A stretch of DNA of 64,000 nucleotides, taken from Octopus vulgaris. Lineage: Eukaryota. A program made the translations under genes and the position numbers. Below are positions 22,101 through 35,689 of the stretch, piece after piece. A model generated the notes under the pieces. It searched no databases and was not told the DNA's origin. It worked only from the letters and a program-made list of their open reading frames with translations. Each line of letters begins with the position of its first letter. Position 1 is the stretch's first letter. Where the stretch lies: contig OX597816.1 in NCBI GenBank assembly GCA_951406725.2, positions 99,510,001 through 99,574,000 on the forward strand. Direction: 5' to 3'.

Positions 22101-24217
22101 CTCATCACATCCTCTTTTCCTTTATCTACCTCTCTACTATTCAGTCCCTACAGCACATCATCCATGCTTCTATCATTGCCTATAAATATAACCCTACCAC
22201 CACCCATTTCTTCTCTCTTCTAGCCATTCATTCCTTTTTTCTGATTTTTCTCTTAATTTTCTTTTCTCCCTTCCATTTATATATTTCATGTTCATCTCTT
22301 TCGCATTTCTCTTGCCCCTCCATATACCTTGCCAATTTTCTTCCCTCACAATAGTAATTTTTTTTACTACACCAGCATTGTATTGTAACCTTTTTCTTCT
22401 TACTTGTTCATAACTTCCTTACACATAACATTATCTCACAATCAAACACTTACACATACTTCTATCACTCAACCATATTCCTCTCACCTCTCCTTTTATC
22501 TCACACTTTCACACTTTCCTTTCATACACCTAATGATGAAGCATGCACACACACACACACACATTTTTGCCCATCTTAAAACATGAATACACTTCTATAC
22601 TCTTCCACACACACCTGCCCATTCTTCCCTCCTTAGCCTAACCCACCACAGAAACACATTCTCACCTGATCCTAACCTCTTGCCCAGTTTTTTTCTCTTT
22701 TTTTCTCTCTTCTTTTTACACAACTCTTCTTTACTTTTCTTTTATACCTTTCTTCTGACAGAAAACTTGAGTCCAAACATTATGACAGTTCCCCTACCTT
22801 CTAAAGAGTTTAAGTAATACAGTATTTGTTAAAACTAGTCCCTTCTGTGTTCTTTTCTTTTTGCTGTGGCTCATTACCTTCACAATGTGTCTGTGTGAGT
22901 GTATGTGGGGTGTTTGTGTTCGGGTACATGTGCATATGTACGTGTGTGTGCACATGTATGTGTTTGTATGTGAGAGCATATGTATGAATGTGTGTGTGTG
23001 TGTGTTGTATAAATTCTCACTTAAATGAACACATTTATACTCATTCACACTTAACATAGATATATGAAACACATGTAAGTGAGGAAGTTTTACTTTTGTA
23101 GTGATACCTGTTATGGTGCAACGTTGGGGTCACAAGTTTGTAATGGTTGGTTCTGGGGAAGGCTGCAATTCTTTTGTTTGGGGTCACCAGTTGTTACAAT
23201 AAAGTTTTTAGTTGAAGTCAAGGGTCACCAATTTGTAACGATAAAATTCATTGTTATAATTGCATACTGTAGAATGTGAAAGATGAACAATGCATGAAGT
23301 TTTAAGAAAGTATTTATTTACTGTTACATTGAAAAATACCATACCTTGACAGGCAGGTTATAACATCCAAGAGCATGCAAAAGAAAGATAGATGTGATAG
23401 AATTTTTTTGTTTTTTTTTTGCATAGTTTGGCATACCCAAATTGTTAGTAGTAATCCACAGATAGCGATAGATGATGTTGTAAGAGAACAGAACTAGAGC
23501 TAGTGAGAGTTGTAGGGTGTTGTCTCATAGTTGCTGACAGTAAACTTCATTTCTCCCTTTGACCAAGGTTCTAGCTGCTCAGCCAAACTTTGTTCTCATT
23601 GAGTTGTCACCATGTGACTGAACTTGTTGAGTTGTCACCGACTGACTTTTGCTTTGGGTGTTCTTGCTTTTATAACTATCCAGAAGAATAGATATATCAT
23701 TGAGAACAATAAATTTAGTTGGTGGTCTTGTTATCTCTATTCTAGCTTTTGGTGAGTAGAAGAGGTAAGAAAGGGTCAAGTGGTGAAGATGTTATTTCGG
23801 CCTAGCTAAAGGCATCTGGAAAATATAAAACTGCTATCAGAGAAAAATCATTGTTCCACCATGGGAAAAGTTCTGTTGCAGTGTTAATTTAAATTTGGCT
23901 ATGGTGGAGCGAATCCACTTCATGCGTGCAAGATCCACTACACACAATAAGAATATATGCACTTGTGAGACATACATCTTCTTGCTGCACACATGTGCAA
24001 ACATGCCTACAATACAAACAAGCATTTGTATGCATAGTCACATGCAGAGGTTACAGCTACACACAAAACACAGAAGTATATAGAGCATTCATTCACAAAC
24101 ACTTACAGATTATACAGTTATTCATGATCACAAACAGGCAGGTTCAACACAACTGTTCACACTTAAGGCCTCTATCAATCAAAGTTAACCAATGCATTAT
24201 GGACAATTCTTCTAAAG

Positions 24218-24878
24218 CAGGGGTCAGGGAACATTTTTAACCAATTACCTCAAAATATATTTATCTACACTGATGTTATCCCTTGATTCAAAAGGAAGAA
24301 AATAATAGATCCTCTGAATTCAAAAGGTTTATTTAATCTATTTATATGGAAAATACAATTATAAATATAAAAAGTATAAAACAAACACATTAAAATGAAT
24401 TAATATCTTCATTATGAAACTAAAGGATTTTTCTAGAAACATTTTCACTTCAGGTTTTGGAGAAATGATGTTGTTTTATTTTTGTTACAATTACATCAAA
24501 ATTGGGAAATTTTGACACTTGAACAATTTGGATACAGTCTTCGGAGTCCAATTATTTTCATTAAAGAATTTAATTGAATAACTACTTAAATCTACTCAAA
24601 CAAAGTAAAAACATGTGTCAAAAAATAAGGGATAAAAAATATCAGTTTAGTCACTAGACAATGCCTAAGCAACCAAATTGTTTATAGTTCAAAATGGCAT
24701 GATGTTTCCTAAACATGCCCATTATATTGGACATATGCAGTGTTGCCAGAAGAAAAAATTGTCATAACAAGGAACACATTTTTATATAATTTTACTTATG
24801 TCTAATGAGTACTTATTACCTGCAAGAATTTCCTTTTCACCTCACTTGGGTTAATTTATCCTGGTTCACCAACCCTTG
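24218..24878. mobile_element. hAT-like non-autonomous DNA transposon
   Basis: Ends caggggtcagggaac and gttcaccaacccttg. Flanking 8-mers ttctaaag and ttttaaag match at 7/8. Confidence 0.55.
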
Positions 24879-25469
24879 TTTTAAAGGGCACAAACCTGGG
24901 TAAGCTTTATTTTTTACAGAAGATCATGCAGTATATTTCCTCTTTCTATATGTTTTCTAAAGAAAGGCAGGTGCTAATGTAGCTTATTGATCACATGAGA
25001 CAATGAGAGGGCTTGAATATGGTCTCCCAACTGGCCAGAATTAATTACCAAATTTCACTCAAAATCTCACTCTACTTGTAGGATTTTGACAGCTATTTGA
25101 GACTACTAAACAGACTGATCACATCTGGAATATCTTCATTCATAAGTTTGGTTGGTCAGGGCTAATATCTGGTTAATCAAAAACTACAATTTTTCATGAC
25201 AGAGACTCATTAGGGAACCTGTTTGTGGTTACCTATCAGCCAGAAATAGCAACCATATCTTCAAATCACATCTAACAATATTTTAAAATAAGTGGATAAC
25301 ATAAACCTAGGTTTGTACTGGATCAGGACTGAAACAGGGCCAAACTACAATAGTCTTTCCCAATCATGAGTCAACAAAATGAATCCTAGTAATATATTGA
25401 GGTAGAGTCAATTAATTATATCTTCTCACTATATATGTGTGTGTGTGTGTGTGTTTGAAAAGAAGACCC

Positions 25470-25712
25470 ATCAAGCTGAGCAAAATTGCAGTTGTGGCAG
25501 AAACTGGTATCATGCAAATGGCAGCCATGCTGGTGGCATGTAAAAGCAACTGTTATGCTCTTGGAGTGGTTAGCAGTAGGAAGGGCATCTAGCCATAGAA
25601 AACCATACCAAATGAGACTGGAGTCTAGTACAGCCTTCCAGCTTACCAGCCCTGGTCAAAACGTCCAACCCATGCCAGCATGGGCAACAGACGTTAAATC
25701 ATGATGATGATA
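25470..25712 (+). mobile_element. RTE 3' UTR fragment
   Basis: ggtggcatgtaaaagc...ggagtggttagcagtaggaagggcatc...atgatgatga. Confidence 0.75.
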
Positions 25713-26814
25713 TGGACCTTACTCCTGCACAAAAGTATAACGTGGTGGTGCTGGTGGTGCTGGTGGTGCTGGAGCTGGTGCTGGTAGTAGTAGTAGTATC
25801 CAAATTCTGTGATGGCATCAGTATCTAACACGATTGCAATGCTTGCACTGCATATCTTCTGTAAGAATGACAAGTCAATGTATCAATTCTGCCAGCTGCA
25901 TTCCTTTGAATGATCTGCCTGGCTTACAGAGTGACAGGGTAGCTACTGTGATGGAATCTAAGAATGACAGAGATGATACATGTCTTCATATACACTTCTC
26001 GGCAAAATAGTAAATTTCCTCATAAACTAGTAAAGGTGAACCTACAACATGCATATCAGTAGTGACAAGCTGTGGGTTTTTAGGTGACATACAATGAACT
26101 TACATATAAATAATCTCCCTGCAATATCATGTTATAAAAAGCTTACCTATAAGCTTTTATCTAAAACTGAATTATAAGTATTCACATGAGTGACAGTCTA
26201 ATAACTGAATTATTAAAGAAATTAAAATTTCGACAAGCTGAACTTAAAGGGCTTACTATCACAACCAATAGAATTTTAGTTCTTTCAATTTAACAAGCAA
26301 ATGGCAAATTGATTTAATAGCAGTAATAGTAACATCAAAGACCACAGCAAGAAAATGTTGTTGTTGATGAGCCCTATGTCAGCCTTGACTGAGTAGAACT
26401 ATGGTCAAAGGCATTCCAGTCATGACCATCCACTCATTTTTTCATGCTTAGTATATGTATGATCAAGCTATCCGGTGTATTCTATTCTTTTTATAGACAG
26501 TAGAATAACATGAGTAAGATTTGACAACTATTTCTATCAGGTCAGACAACCACATTAGCAATTGTGCATTCATTTACAGGAATAGTGTATCTAAGGCTAC
26601 CCTATTTAATGTGTCTTCTCTTTTTTAAGATAGTAGGGACAGTAGCTAATGAAAGATTCACTATGACTCAGGCTCCCAATTAAAATTCATAATAATATGT
26701 GGTGGTGCTAATAGTTTAACTATGCCCAACCTATGTCACCATTGAAGGTGGACGTTAAATGATGACGATGACAACCACGACGATGATGATGATGATGAAT
26801 GTGAAAACAGCAGC

Positions 26815-27027
26815 ATTGAGCTGGCAGAATCATTGATATACCAGACAAGATGCTTAGCAGTATTTCATTTGCCTCTATGTTCTTAGTTCAAATTCTGTCA
26901 AGGGTGACTTTGCTTTTCATCTCCTCAGGGTCAATAAAATAAGTACCAGTTGAGCACTGGGGTTAATTTAGTCAGTGTGGACCCTCCCGCAAAGCTGCTA
27001 ACCATATGCCAACATTTGAAACCAATA
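26815..27027 (+). mobile_element. tRNA-derived SINE with Nin/Deu-like domain
   Basis: gagctggcagaatc head, gttcaaattc B box, and ctttcatc...gtcaataaaataagtaccagt. Same family as 41081-41295. Confidence 0.7.
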
Positions 27028-27159
27028 TTAATGTGACAACAGCATATTCCAACTGGTGTATCTTTTCTTTCATTATCAGAGCTTCGTGGTTCTGCAGTCT
27101 CTTTAGCTGATAAGCCTTTTGGGGTCGGAAGTTTGCTTTTTATGTCCCTAAGTTTGATT

Positions 27160-27560
27160 TAAAGCAATGCATCCTATCAAAATTGTGTGTTATGGTACAG
27201 TATCATGAAACCTGACAAGTGAGCTAACAAATAAGCTATCATTAAGTTTACAATAACATCGAAACACCATAAAATGAATGAGAAGAATTCATCAAAAAAC
27301 AAAACTAAATGACATTGTCAAAATTACAAAATTGTGGAAATGGAATTTGACTGGACATGTCCAAGGAGGAATAATAACAGGTGGATAAAAAAAAACCCAC
27401 TGGATTCAGAGAGATCACAAAAAGAAACAGAGAATGAATACAAATTAGATGGAGACATGTATTAGAAAATTTCACAAAAAGAAAGTAGTGAACAAAATCT
27501 TAATCCTAAAGGTTATAGAGAAATTCAAGGAAGGCCTTTACTCAACAGTGGTTGATTGAT
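27160..27560 (+). mobile_element. Old RTE-type LINE 3' remnant (different family)
   Basis: Decayed QCIL...CYG, KTKLNDIV...KWN.TGHV...NNRW and EAFTQQW motifs. Confidence 0.55.
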
Positions 27561-28139
27561 TGTTTATAAATGAAGGAGGTAACTCACACAGTGAAAATAC
27601 TGAAAGATACAAGGAAAGGAAATGATGGAAAGGTTGTATTCTGTGAGAAATTAAGTTTAGAATGGTTGACAGAGTTACAAATGTGGCAATGTGCATGCAA
27701 GGCTGTAAGTGCATTCATGCATGTATATGTGCATGAATGACTGTGTATGTGTGTGTGAATGTGAATGTGAATGTTCTAAAAATTTGCTCAAATTTTTCTT
27801 AACAGGATCAAAGCCAGTCATGACCAAATTGACAAAGCTTTCCTGTTTTAATGAAGACAATTCCAAGTATTTGTGTAAATATATGAGTGTGAGTTATTAT
27901 TTGTGAATGCATGCATTAACATGAAAAGTGTATGTATGTCAGTCTATCAAACACAAATGACTGATTAGATCTGCAACATGCAAGTAGGTATTTGCTATTC
28001 TTTTCTGTAAAATCTAAGCATTTCCAGACTTTTATACAAATATTTTGTTCTCTAATCCAGGATATCTATCATGATAACTCATATTAAAGGTACCAGGAAT
28101 ATAATGGTTATATAATGGTTATATATATATACATACATC

Positions 28140-28680
28140 TCACACACCCTTCAGACTGCCCCGACTCACTATTGACCATTCCATCTACGCACACATGCTA
28201 AAACACCCATAGACACACACACACTTCTACACCCATCCATACACACACTTGTTACTATAGCTGCTGATCTCTCACTACAATATTAACATACACAAACATA
28301 AACATATACAGACAGTTAATCACACACACACAGTTACCACCAGACGTACACATACTAACATGCACACACACACATACGCTACCATACATACACACAGATA
28401 CCAACCATTCTTTACACTCTCCTGTCCCAGAAAGCAATTTCTCTTTTACCTACGCCCGGTCATTTCAAAAATGTAACTACACATGGGTTGTTATCAATTT
28501 TGTTCTTTTTCCTTTTCCTTTGGGCTTTACTATGTTTCCTGTTTCCAAAGAGGAGCTAGAGCTATGCTCAAAATGTAAAACAACCACTCTTTTCCTTCTC
28601 TGAGGATCTTATTAATACTTTGCATGTGCTATGTCTTCCCATTTTTTCTTGTCTTTTTCTCCATGTTTTTAATTATAAAT
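28140..28680 (+). mobile_element. Probable Penelope terminal-repeat remnant with degenerate hammerhead motif
   Basis: gtttccaaagaggagc...gctcaaaatgtaaaac at 28541-28581 resembles a CpG-decayed CTGAAGA-GAGC-loop-GCTC-GAAACGTA. Confidence 0.35.
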
Positions 28681-28688
28681 ATATATAT

Positions 28689-28741
<53 letters not shown>

Positions 28742-29042
28742 TACATATATATATATATATATATTCATATATTCAGTAAATGCGCTAAGCAATGTTTACA
28801 TATAATCATAATTTAGGTTACTCGTGTGTATGTGTGTGTGTGTGTGCGTGCATGTGTGTGAGTATGCATACATGTGTATGTATGCATACATCTGTATGTA
28901 TACATGTACGAATATCACTTGTATTGTGAGAGTGGCATTCTATGGAAGTTACTTATTATTTGGAGTAAATTATTTTTGATAATAATAACTGGTTGATAAG
29001 ATTAAACAGAATATATAACAATATTAGAACCTTTGATTCTAA

Positions 29043-29607
29043 TATGTGAAGTGTTGAAAATTTCATAGACTGACCAGGATATTCTCATGAAATGTGATCA
29101 ACTGAAGCTCATTTTTCAACATAATCCCCTTTACAGTCCACATATTTCTTCCATTTGTGTTGCAGTGCTTGGATCCCTTTGGTGAAGAAGCTTTTGACCT
29201 GTTGGTCCAAAAAGTCAACTGTGGTGGTTATAGTTACAGGATGTCTTAACCCTGGGTCATCTTCAAGACTCCCTATTCCCCTCTTAAATTCAGCTGCCCA
29301 CTTTTGCACTGTTGACAAAGTTAGAATGTTATCCCCTAATGTAGCAACCAAGTCAGCATGAATGCCCATCAGGGCTAAACCCTTTTCCTATTGGTACTTG
29401 ATAAAAGTGCAATGCCAAATTTCGTCCATTTTCAAAAGAAGTCCCTACTAGTTGCTTTTGAAGTCTTCTTTGAACAGTTTACCTGAAAAAAATAATGCAA
29501 TTGTTAATAAGAAGGTTTGAAATTAATGCATGCAAGATTAATTAATGCACAGCTGTAGCATCACTTCTTCATAGACAGCCTATGAACTTTTCTGCCCATC
29601 CTTGTAG
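29043..29607 (-). mobile_element. Internally deleted mariner element
   Basis: ORF 29109..29369 joins the N-terminal HTH (STVQKWAAEFKRG..SLEDDP) to the C-terminus (GIQAL..KW.K.VD.KGDYVEK). Imperfect TIRs of gaaaakttcatagrctg type. Confidence 0.8.
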
Positions 29608-30039
29608 GTGTGAATTTTTTAATTCATTTCAAATGAAACATTTGGGTTCCACTTATTTTAATAGGAATAACTGTTTGATAACATTGTCTCTGATTATAAT
29701 AAATAGCTTCTTCTAAGTTAAAAAGACATACATATATGTGTATGTGTGTTTGTGTGTGTGTGTCTGTGTACTCATATATATATATATATATATATTTATA
29801 CATATATACTTCACTAAATATGTAAATATGAATAATTGTGAACATGCCACCCTTATTATTTATAATTTTCATATATATATGTGTGTGTGTGTGTATTTTT
29901 CAATGTGTACAAATAACATGGAAAAAATAAATAAATAGTTACCAGGGTAGCAAAAATTCACATTAGTGCCAAGGATGTTACAGCCTGCTTATAAAGGTAG
30001 AAATTCCTGATTAAGTGAAATGTTTTTGTATGACAGATG

Positions 30040-30243
30040 AATTAAGAAATAGAGTTAAACACAGGTGTTATTCAAATCTTTATACTTTGAAGAAAACATT
30101 GATATTATTCTGGAGGGAATAAAATTATGTAAAACAATGCAATCATCATTTTATTCCCTCCAGAATAATATCAATGCTTTTTCAAAACAAGTCGGAAGTA
30201 TAAAGATTTGAATAACACCTGCATTTAACTCCATTTCTTAATT
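30040..30243. repeat. ~204-bp fold-back element (MITE-like)
   Basis: Perfect 29-bp inner arms 30097-30125 and 30148-30176 around a 22-nt loop, plus ~50-bp near-identical outer arms. Confidence 0.9.
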
Positions 30244-31630
30244 TGTGTGTGTGTGTGTGTGTGTGTGTATAACTATATGGTATATGCATAGTGTTGAAGC
30301 CATAGTGATATCTGATTGGCAGCTGATGATTGGGATTTGTTATGCGCATTTGTAGATGTATATATTCACATCTTAGTTTCAATATTCTGATTCTTCATAA
30401 ATAATCTTATCTTGCTTAGATAACACTAAGGTATTGGTGCCTACTTTTAGGAGGTTCTGTGGCACACACAAACACACACACACACACACTCACATCTTCT
30501 CACCACCATCATCAACACCATGCACCTACAATAGTAGTTGGAAGATTTTTCTTTTAATCTTCGTAGTGAAAATTTTGATAACAATATCCAATGCACACAC
30601 ACACACACATGCACACACACTCATACAAGATGCATAAAATTCTTTAAAGTGAGGTGATATTAATTGTGATCTCCAAATAAACTAAGTAAATATATACCTT
30701 AATTTTGCAAAATGTTTATACAAATAACAATAAAATAATTATTCTTTGAAATTGTTTCAATCGCATAATTAAATATTTACTATAAGCTTTTATTTTGGAG
30801 GAAAATATATAATCTGCAAGAGATATATTCTATAGATAAACGTGGGTAAAAACAAAAATTAAAAAATTATATTCTAAAGTTGGTAAAAATATACAGAAAT
30901 ATATTATAAATTTGAACAATGAGATGATAAAATATGCAGCTAACAACAAATAAAAAGTAACTTATTTACTTTTTTTTAAAAAAACATAACCGTTTTTATT
31001 TTTAATGGTTGCCAAGATTTGCAGAAACAAGAAAGAAAACATAAATATGTATGGCAAATTATAGATTATTTGTCTGACATAAGCCAAGGAGATACAAAAT
31101 AATTGATATGACGGTGAAGATGAAAGAGGTGTGGGGAAAGAGATACAAGGAAGGCAAGAAGAGAAAAGTTGAGAAAAAGAAAAAGAGAAATGAGTAGAAA
31201 ATTAGTATCATAAATATGAAAAGTTTGAGATTTTAATTGTGAAATGACCTCCAAAATATTCATGTGGAATTTCTTATAGATCATCATCAAGACATGGCCA
31301 ATGATATTATTTTTTTTAATATTTGTGATTAATTGATTTTATAATGACAAAAATAGTTTTTGTTTGCCATTAAAATAAGCAACATAGAAATACTATTATT
31401 TTAAATAGAAATAAAATTGAAGAATTTAAGATAATCAGAACAAAATATAATCTGTGAAAGAAATAAAACATACAGAGAAAGAGGGAGAAAAACAGAAACT
31501 GGCTGGCAGGTATTCTGAAAATATATTTTCATTAAGTAAATTTATAAATAGTGAACTGGTCTTATTATATTCTGGTTGATAGAAGGCTAGATTAGAGCCT
31601 CTGCTTGATAAACAAACCTTCTCTCACCAA

Positions 31631-31668
<38 letters not shown>

Positions 31669-31794
31669 CCACCTCCTTTTTTTACTCCCACTATTATTGC
31701 TTCTACTTTTCTGAATTTGCTGATTGCATGCATCCTCTGCATAAACTTATTTGCCATATTTACCTCTCATCTCTCTAAATCACATAGCCTAAAC

Positions 31795-31958
31795 CAGTCA
31801 TGGGCAAACTGCAGTCCACAGGGCAAATACAGCCCATGGGACTTTCTGAATGGCATACCTAAGGAAAAATTCCTTTTAATACTTTCAGAAGTGCAGCCTG
31901 CCTGATGATGAGCAATATCTCAAGTGTCCCACTTCTCACAAAAGGTTACCCATGCCTG
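31795..31958. mobile_element. hAT (Charlie-like) MITE
   Basis: TIRs cagtcatgggcaa and ttacccatgcctg, with cctaaa/cctaga-type flanks. An inverted partial copy lies at about 48382-48510. Confidence 0.6.
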
Positions 31959-32075
31959 CCCTAGATCCTGTGTAAAACATTGTTAAGACTTCTTTTTTAC
32001 TGAAACCTCTCTGAAACTCAGCCCATACCTAATTTTCCTTTAACCACTGACCTCCTAAAGATTACATTGAATATT

Positions 32076-32262
32076 GATTTCAAATTTTGGCATAAGGCCA
32101 GTAATTTCAAGTGAGTGGGTAAGTCGATTATATCGATCCCAGTGCTCAACTGGTACTTATTTTGTTGACCCTGAAAGGATGAAAGGCAAAGTTGACTTTG
32201 GCAGAATTTGAACTAAGAATGTGAAGATGGATGCAATACCACTAAGCATTTTGCCAGGCATA
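32076..32262 (-). mobile_element. Nin/Deu-like SINE with TSD
   Basis: Reverse homologue of 41081-41295, flanked by agattacattgaatatt and agattatactgaatatt. Confidence 0.75.
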
Positions 32263-32599
32263 TTAGATTATACTGAATATTAATAACACAATTTTTACAT
32301 CATTCCTATCTAATAAGAGAACTGGGTAGAAAATCATTGTCATAGATATGAATGGTTTGATATTTTAACAGTAACATGAACCCAAAATATTCTTGTGAGA
32401 TTTCATATTGATCATCAAAACATAGGGCAATGACAGCGAAACTTTAGAAATAATCCATGATTAATTGACAAGATAATGACAAATTTAGATTTATTTACAG
32501 CTAAACAGCATTATAACACTCCACCCACGAGTATCCTGCAAGGACAAATGTGAAATAAGAAAATTTTAAATAACCTATGGGTAGTATACATATATTTTC

Positions 32600-33130
32600 T
32601 TTATGTAGGTAAATTTGAGACTCATTTTTGCATCTGTTTATTTCACATATACATAGGTTGTAGCTCTGGCTTATTTTTAATTAGTTGTTGAGCATTATCA
32701 GTAATTAAATACCTTCATAAGATAGATTAAGACATGCATTTGTGTGCACTGTGAATTCCCAGGTCTGGCATTTCTGTAGATGTTTCTTCTTCACAGAAGT
32801 GCCTGCCTGCATGTGTTCCTTAAAGCATATATGCAGTTTTCTAGTTGTGCTTCCTAAGTTCTTTATGTGCTGTTGTTTAGCTAAAGATGGTGGGTAGCCA
32901 TTCAGGGTTAAGTCTCTGAGGAACTGCTTGGTGTTGACGACTTTATCGGTAACTTTGCTGTGATTGTTGTTTATAAGCACAATTTTGTTTCTCATGTATG
33001 TGACTTTGGCTCTGGTGGGTAAGGCTGATTGGTTGGTTGGTAGTGGATGAAAAGTTTCCTATTAGTGGCTTTTCTGTAGAATTTGGTAAATATGGAACCT
33101 TCCTCTGTGATCTTGAGTTGAAAGTCGAGT
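32600..33130 (-). mobile_element. Decayed Penelope-like element (RT C-terminus + GIY-YIG remnant)
   Basis: LDFQLKITEEGSIFTKFYRKAT, LNGYP and GSTTRKLHICFKEH. Confidence 0.7.
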
Positions 33131-33312
33131 GTATATATATATATATATAAAGTTAGATAAGGCCAGTTTATGGGATTACCCTGGGTTTCCCATCTATAAA
33201 GCCCTTAGCTTTCTGGCATATTATCAGATCCCAAAACCTGTTGGTTTAAGGCCTCTCTAGGATATGGAGGAGGAAAGGACCTTGCTACTCAATGTCAACA
33301 GCAGACCCCAGT

Positions 33313-33580
33313 CGACTGGGGTCTGGGAAGCCAGGAGGCTGCACCAGGCTCCAGTCTGATCTGGCAGTGTTTCTACAGCTGGATGCCCTTCCTAATGCCA
33401 ACTACTCCATGAGTGTAGTGGGTGCTATTTACATGCTACTGGCACAGGGGCCAGAGGAGGCTGGCAACGTCCATGATTGGGTGGTGCTTTTTTACATGCC
33501 ACCGGCACGGATGCCAGTCAAGGCAGTGCTGGCATTGACCACATTCAGATGGTGTTTGTTTTTTACATGCCACTGGAACA
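33313..33580 (-). mobile_element. RTE 3' UTR fragment
   Basis: Near-identical to 11270-11400. Confidence 0.85.
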
Positions 33581-35101
33581 GTATCACAGTTGCAGTATTG
33601 GCCATACTATTGTACTATTGGATTTTGATGACGTGATTGCATATTTTTAGAATGACAATATGGGATAGGTATTAGTGGCTGCAGCTGGCTGGTTTGAACA
33701 TAGAACAGGTAGAATATTTGGGTCATGTAAGGCCAATTTAAATGCTAAAGGATTAACACAGTCTCATACTCACATGCACACACACATATGGTAGAGATAA
33801 AGACAAGAGTTACAGAGAAAGTGTCAGAGAAGGAAAAGCAGAGTGTGTAATTTATTCATCATTCATCTACATTGCATAAATTCATTTAATTATTTCTTTC
33901 CTGGAAATGTCATTCAAGAAAGGCCCATTTTAGTCACCTGAACTCATGCTTCACCCCACCTCATTATATGTATTTACATAATGATAGACTTAGAAGTGAG
34001 GAGAATGAGAGTTAAGTAAACACAGGGCAGAATTTATTATAGTGATCTGAACCATTAACTCTTTGGCTAACCAATAAACTCACACCCTATGAACAAAGTC
34101 TGCCGAAACTTCCGACAACTTGATAATTAATCAAAGCAAGGTTAGCAGTCCTTTGCTAATATCCTAACATCAATTCCAGAAAACAATGGAAGAATATTTT
34201 ATTTATTTCACCATCTATTTATTTATATATTTCTATTTGTTTTATTTGATTTCTTTTATATCATTTGTTTTTTTTTATTTATTCATTTTTGTAATCTCTT
34301 CAATGCTTTGTAATTATCAAATTGGCAGATAGAGTTGTTGTTTTTGGTTTGTTTGATTTTTGTTTTCTTTTACCTTTTTCTTTTTTTTTTTTTTAAATTC
34401 AATCTATGCATTTTCTGGTTGATTTGGAATTGTTGCTCTTAAAAATCCATTTCTCCGTCTCTTCCTTGATTTTCTTTCAACTAATCATCTCTCCTACCCT
34501 CACACCTCTTTCCTTTTCCATTTTCTTCTTCTTCTTCTTCTTCTTCTTCTTCTTCTTCTTCTTCATTTTCTTCTCATCATCTATTCTTTTTGCCATATTT
34601 TTTTCTTTGTTTCTCCTTCTTCTGACATTCAATATCCTCCCACACCACATCATGCAACAAAATTTGGTTTTTGATGTCCGCTACATAAATCACTGCTGAC
34701 GTAACCTCTGCTCACCATAGTTATTATATTCTGGAGAAAAGTTCACAATACAGAAAGTTATAAAGAATTTTTAAAATATTAAATATATAAAAGAAAACTC
34801 TGATACAAAGCATAAAGATCTCATCAAAAACTACTGATTCATTGGTCAAACAGTGTAAGATCGATGATCTGATATGGAAAACTTATAAAAACAAACAGCC
34901 AATTTAGTCAGTGATATATTAATCAGAGAGAGAGAGAGAGAGAGATGGAAAGGGCTATGATAACACAGACAAAATGTCAAGGGTTCATACCTTGACACTA
35001 ACACTATGTGTTCAAGGTCAAGACATTTAACTCCCAGCATTCCAGTCCCTCTAGCTGTAAGAAGGTACCGTAGATTGGTATAGCTCACCAAAATGTGCAT
35101 C

Positions 35102-35313
35102 TTGGTTTCAAATTTTGGCACAAGGCCAGTAATTTCAAAGTGGAGATAAGTCAATTACATCGACCCCAGTGTTCAACTGGTATTCATTTAATCGACCCTG
35201 AAGGAATGAAAGGTGTAGTCAACCTTGGTGGAATTTGAACTCGGAACATAAAGACAGACGAAATGCCATTAAGTATTTTGCCCGGCATGGTAATGATTCT
35301 GCCAGGTCACTGC
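35102..35313 (-). mobile_element. Nin/Deu-like SINE with ~20-bp TSD
   Basis: Flanked by tatagctcaccaaaatgtgcat and tatagttcaccaaaatgtgtat. Confidence 0.8.
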
Positions 35314-35559
35314 TTTATAGTTCACCAAAATGTGTATATTGCTAAAAACACTTTAACAACTCAGTCATCTTAGGTGTATATAGGTATTATAGAATGATAT
35401 AGTTTACTGCTTTGTGTTCATGGCATGGTAATGATTCTGCCAGGTCACTGCTTTATAGTTCACCAAAATGTGTATATTGCTAAAAACACTTTAACAACTC
35501 AGTCATCTTAGGTGTATATAGGTATTATAGAATGATATAGTTTACTGCTTTGTGTTCAT
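35284..35559. repeat. Perfect 138-bp tandem duplication
   Basis: Units begin at 35284 and 35422 and appear identical. Confidence 0.9.
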
Positions 35560-35689
35560 GGCCAAGACATTTAAATCCCAACTCCTTTGTCCACTTTAGT
35601 TCATAGCTACCATAAGGTATTGCCCTTAACTATTGTAACAGCAATGCCATAAAATTGATCGTGAACTGTATGGATACTGATAAGCACTT

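Noticed and set aside
23080-23840. Possible solo LTR
   Set aside because: TG...CA-like ends and short internal repeats are present, but no TSD, PBS or PPT could be confirmed.
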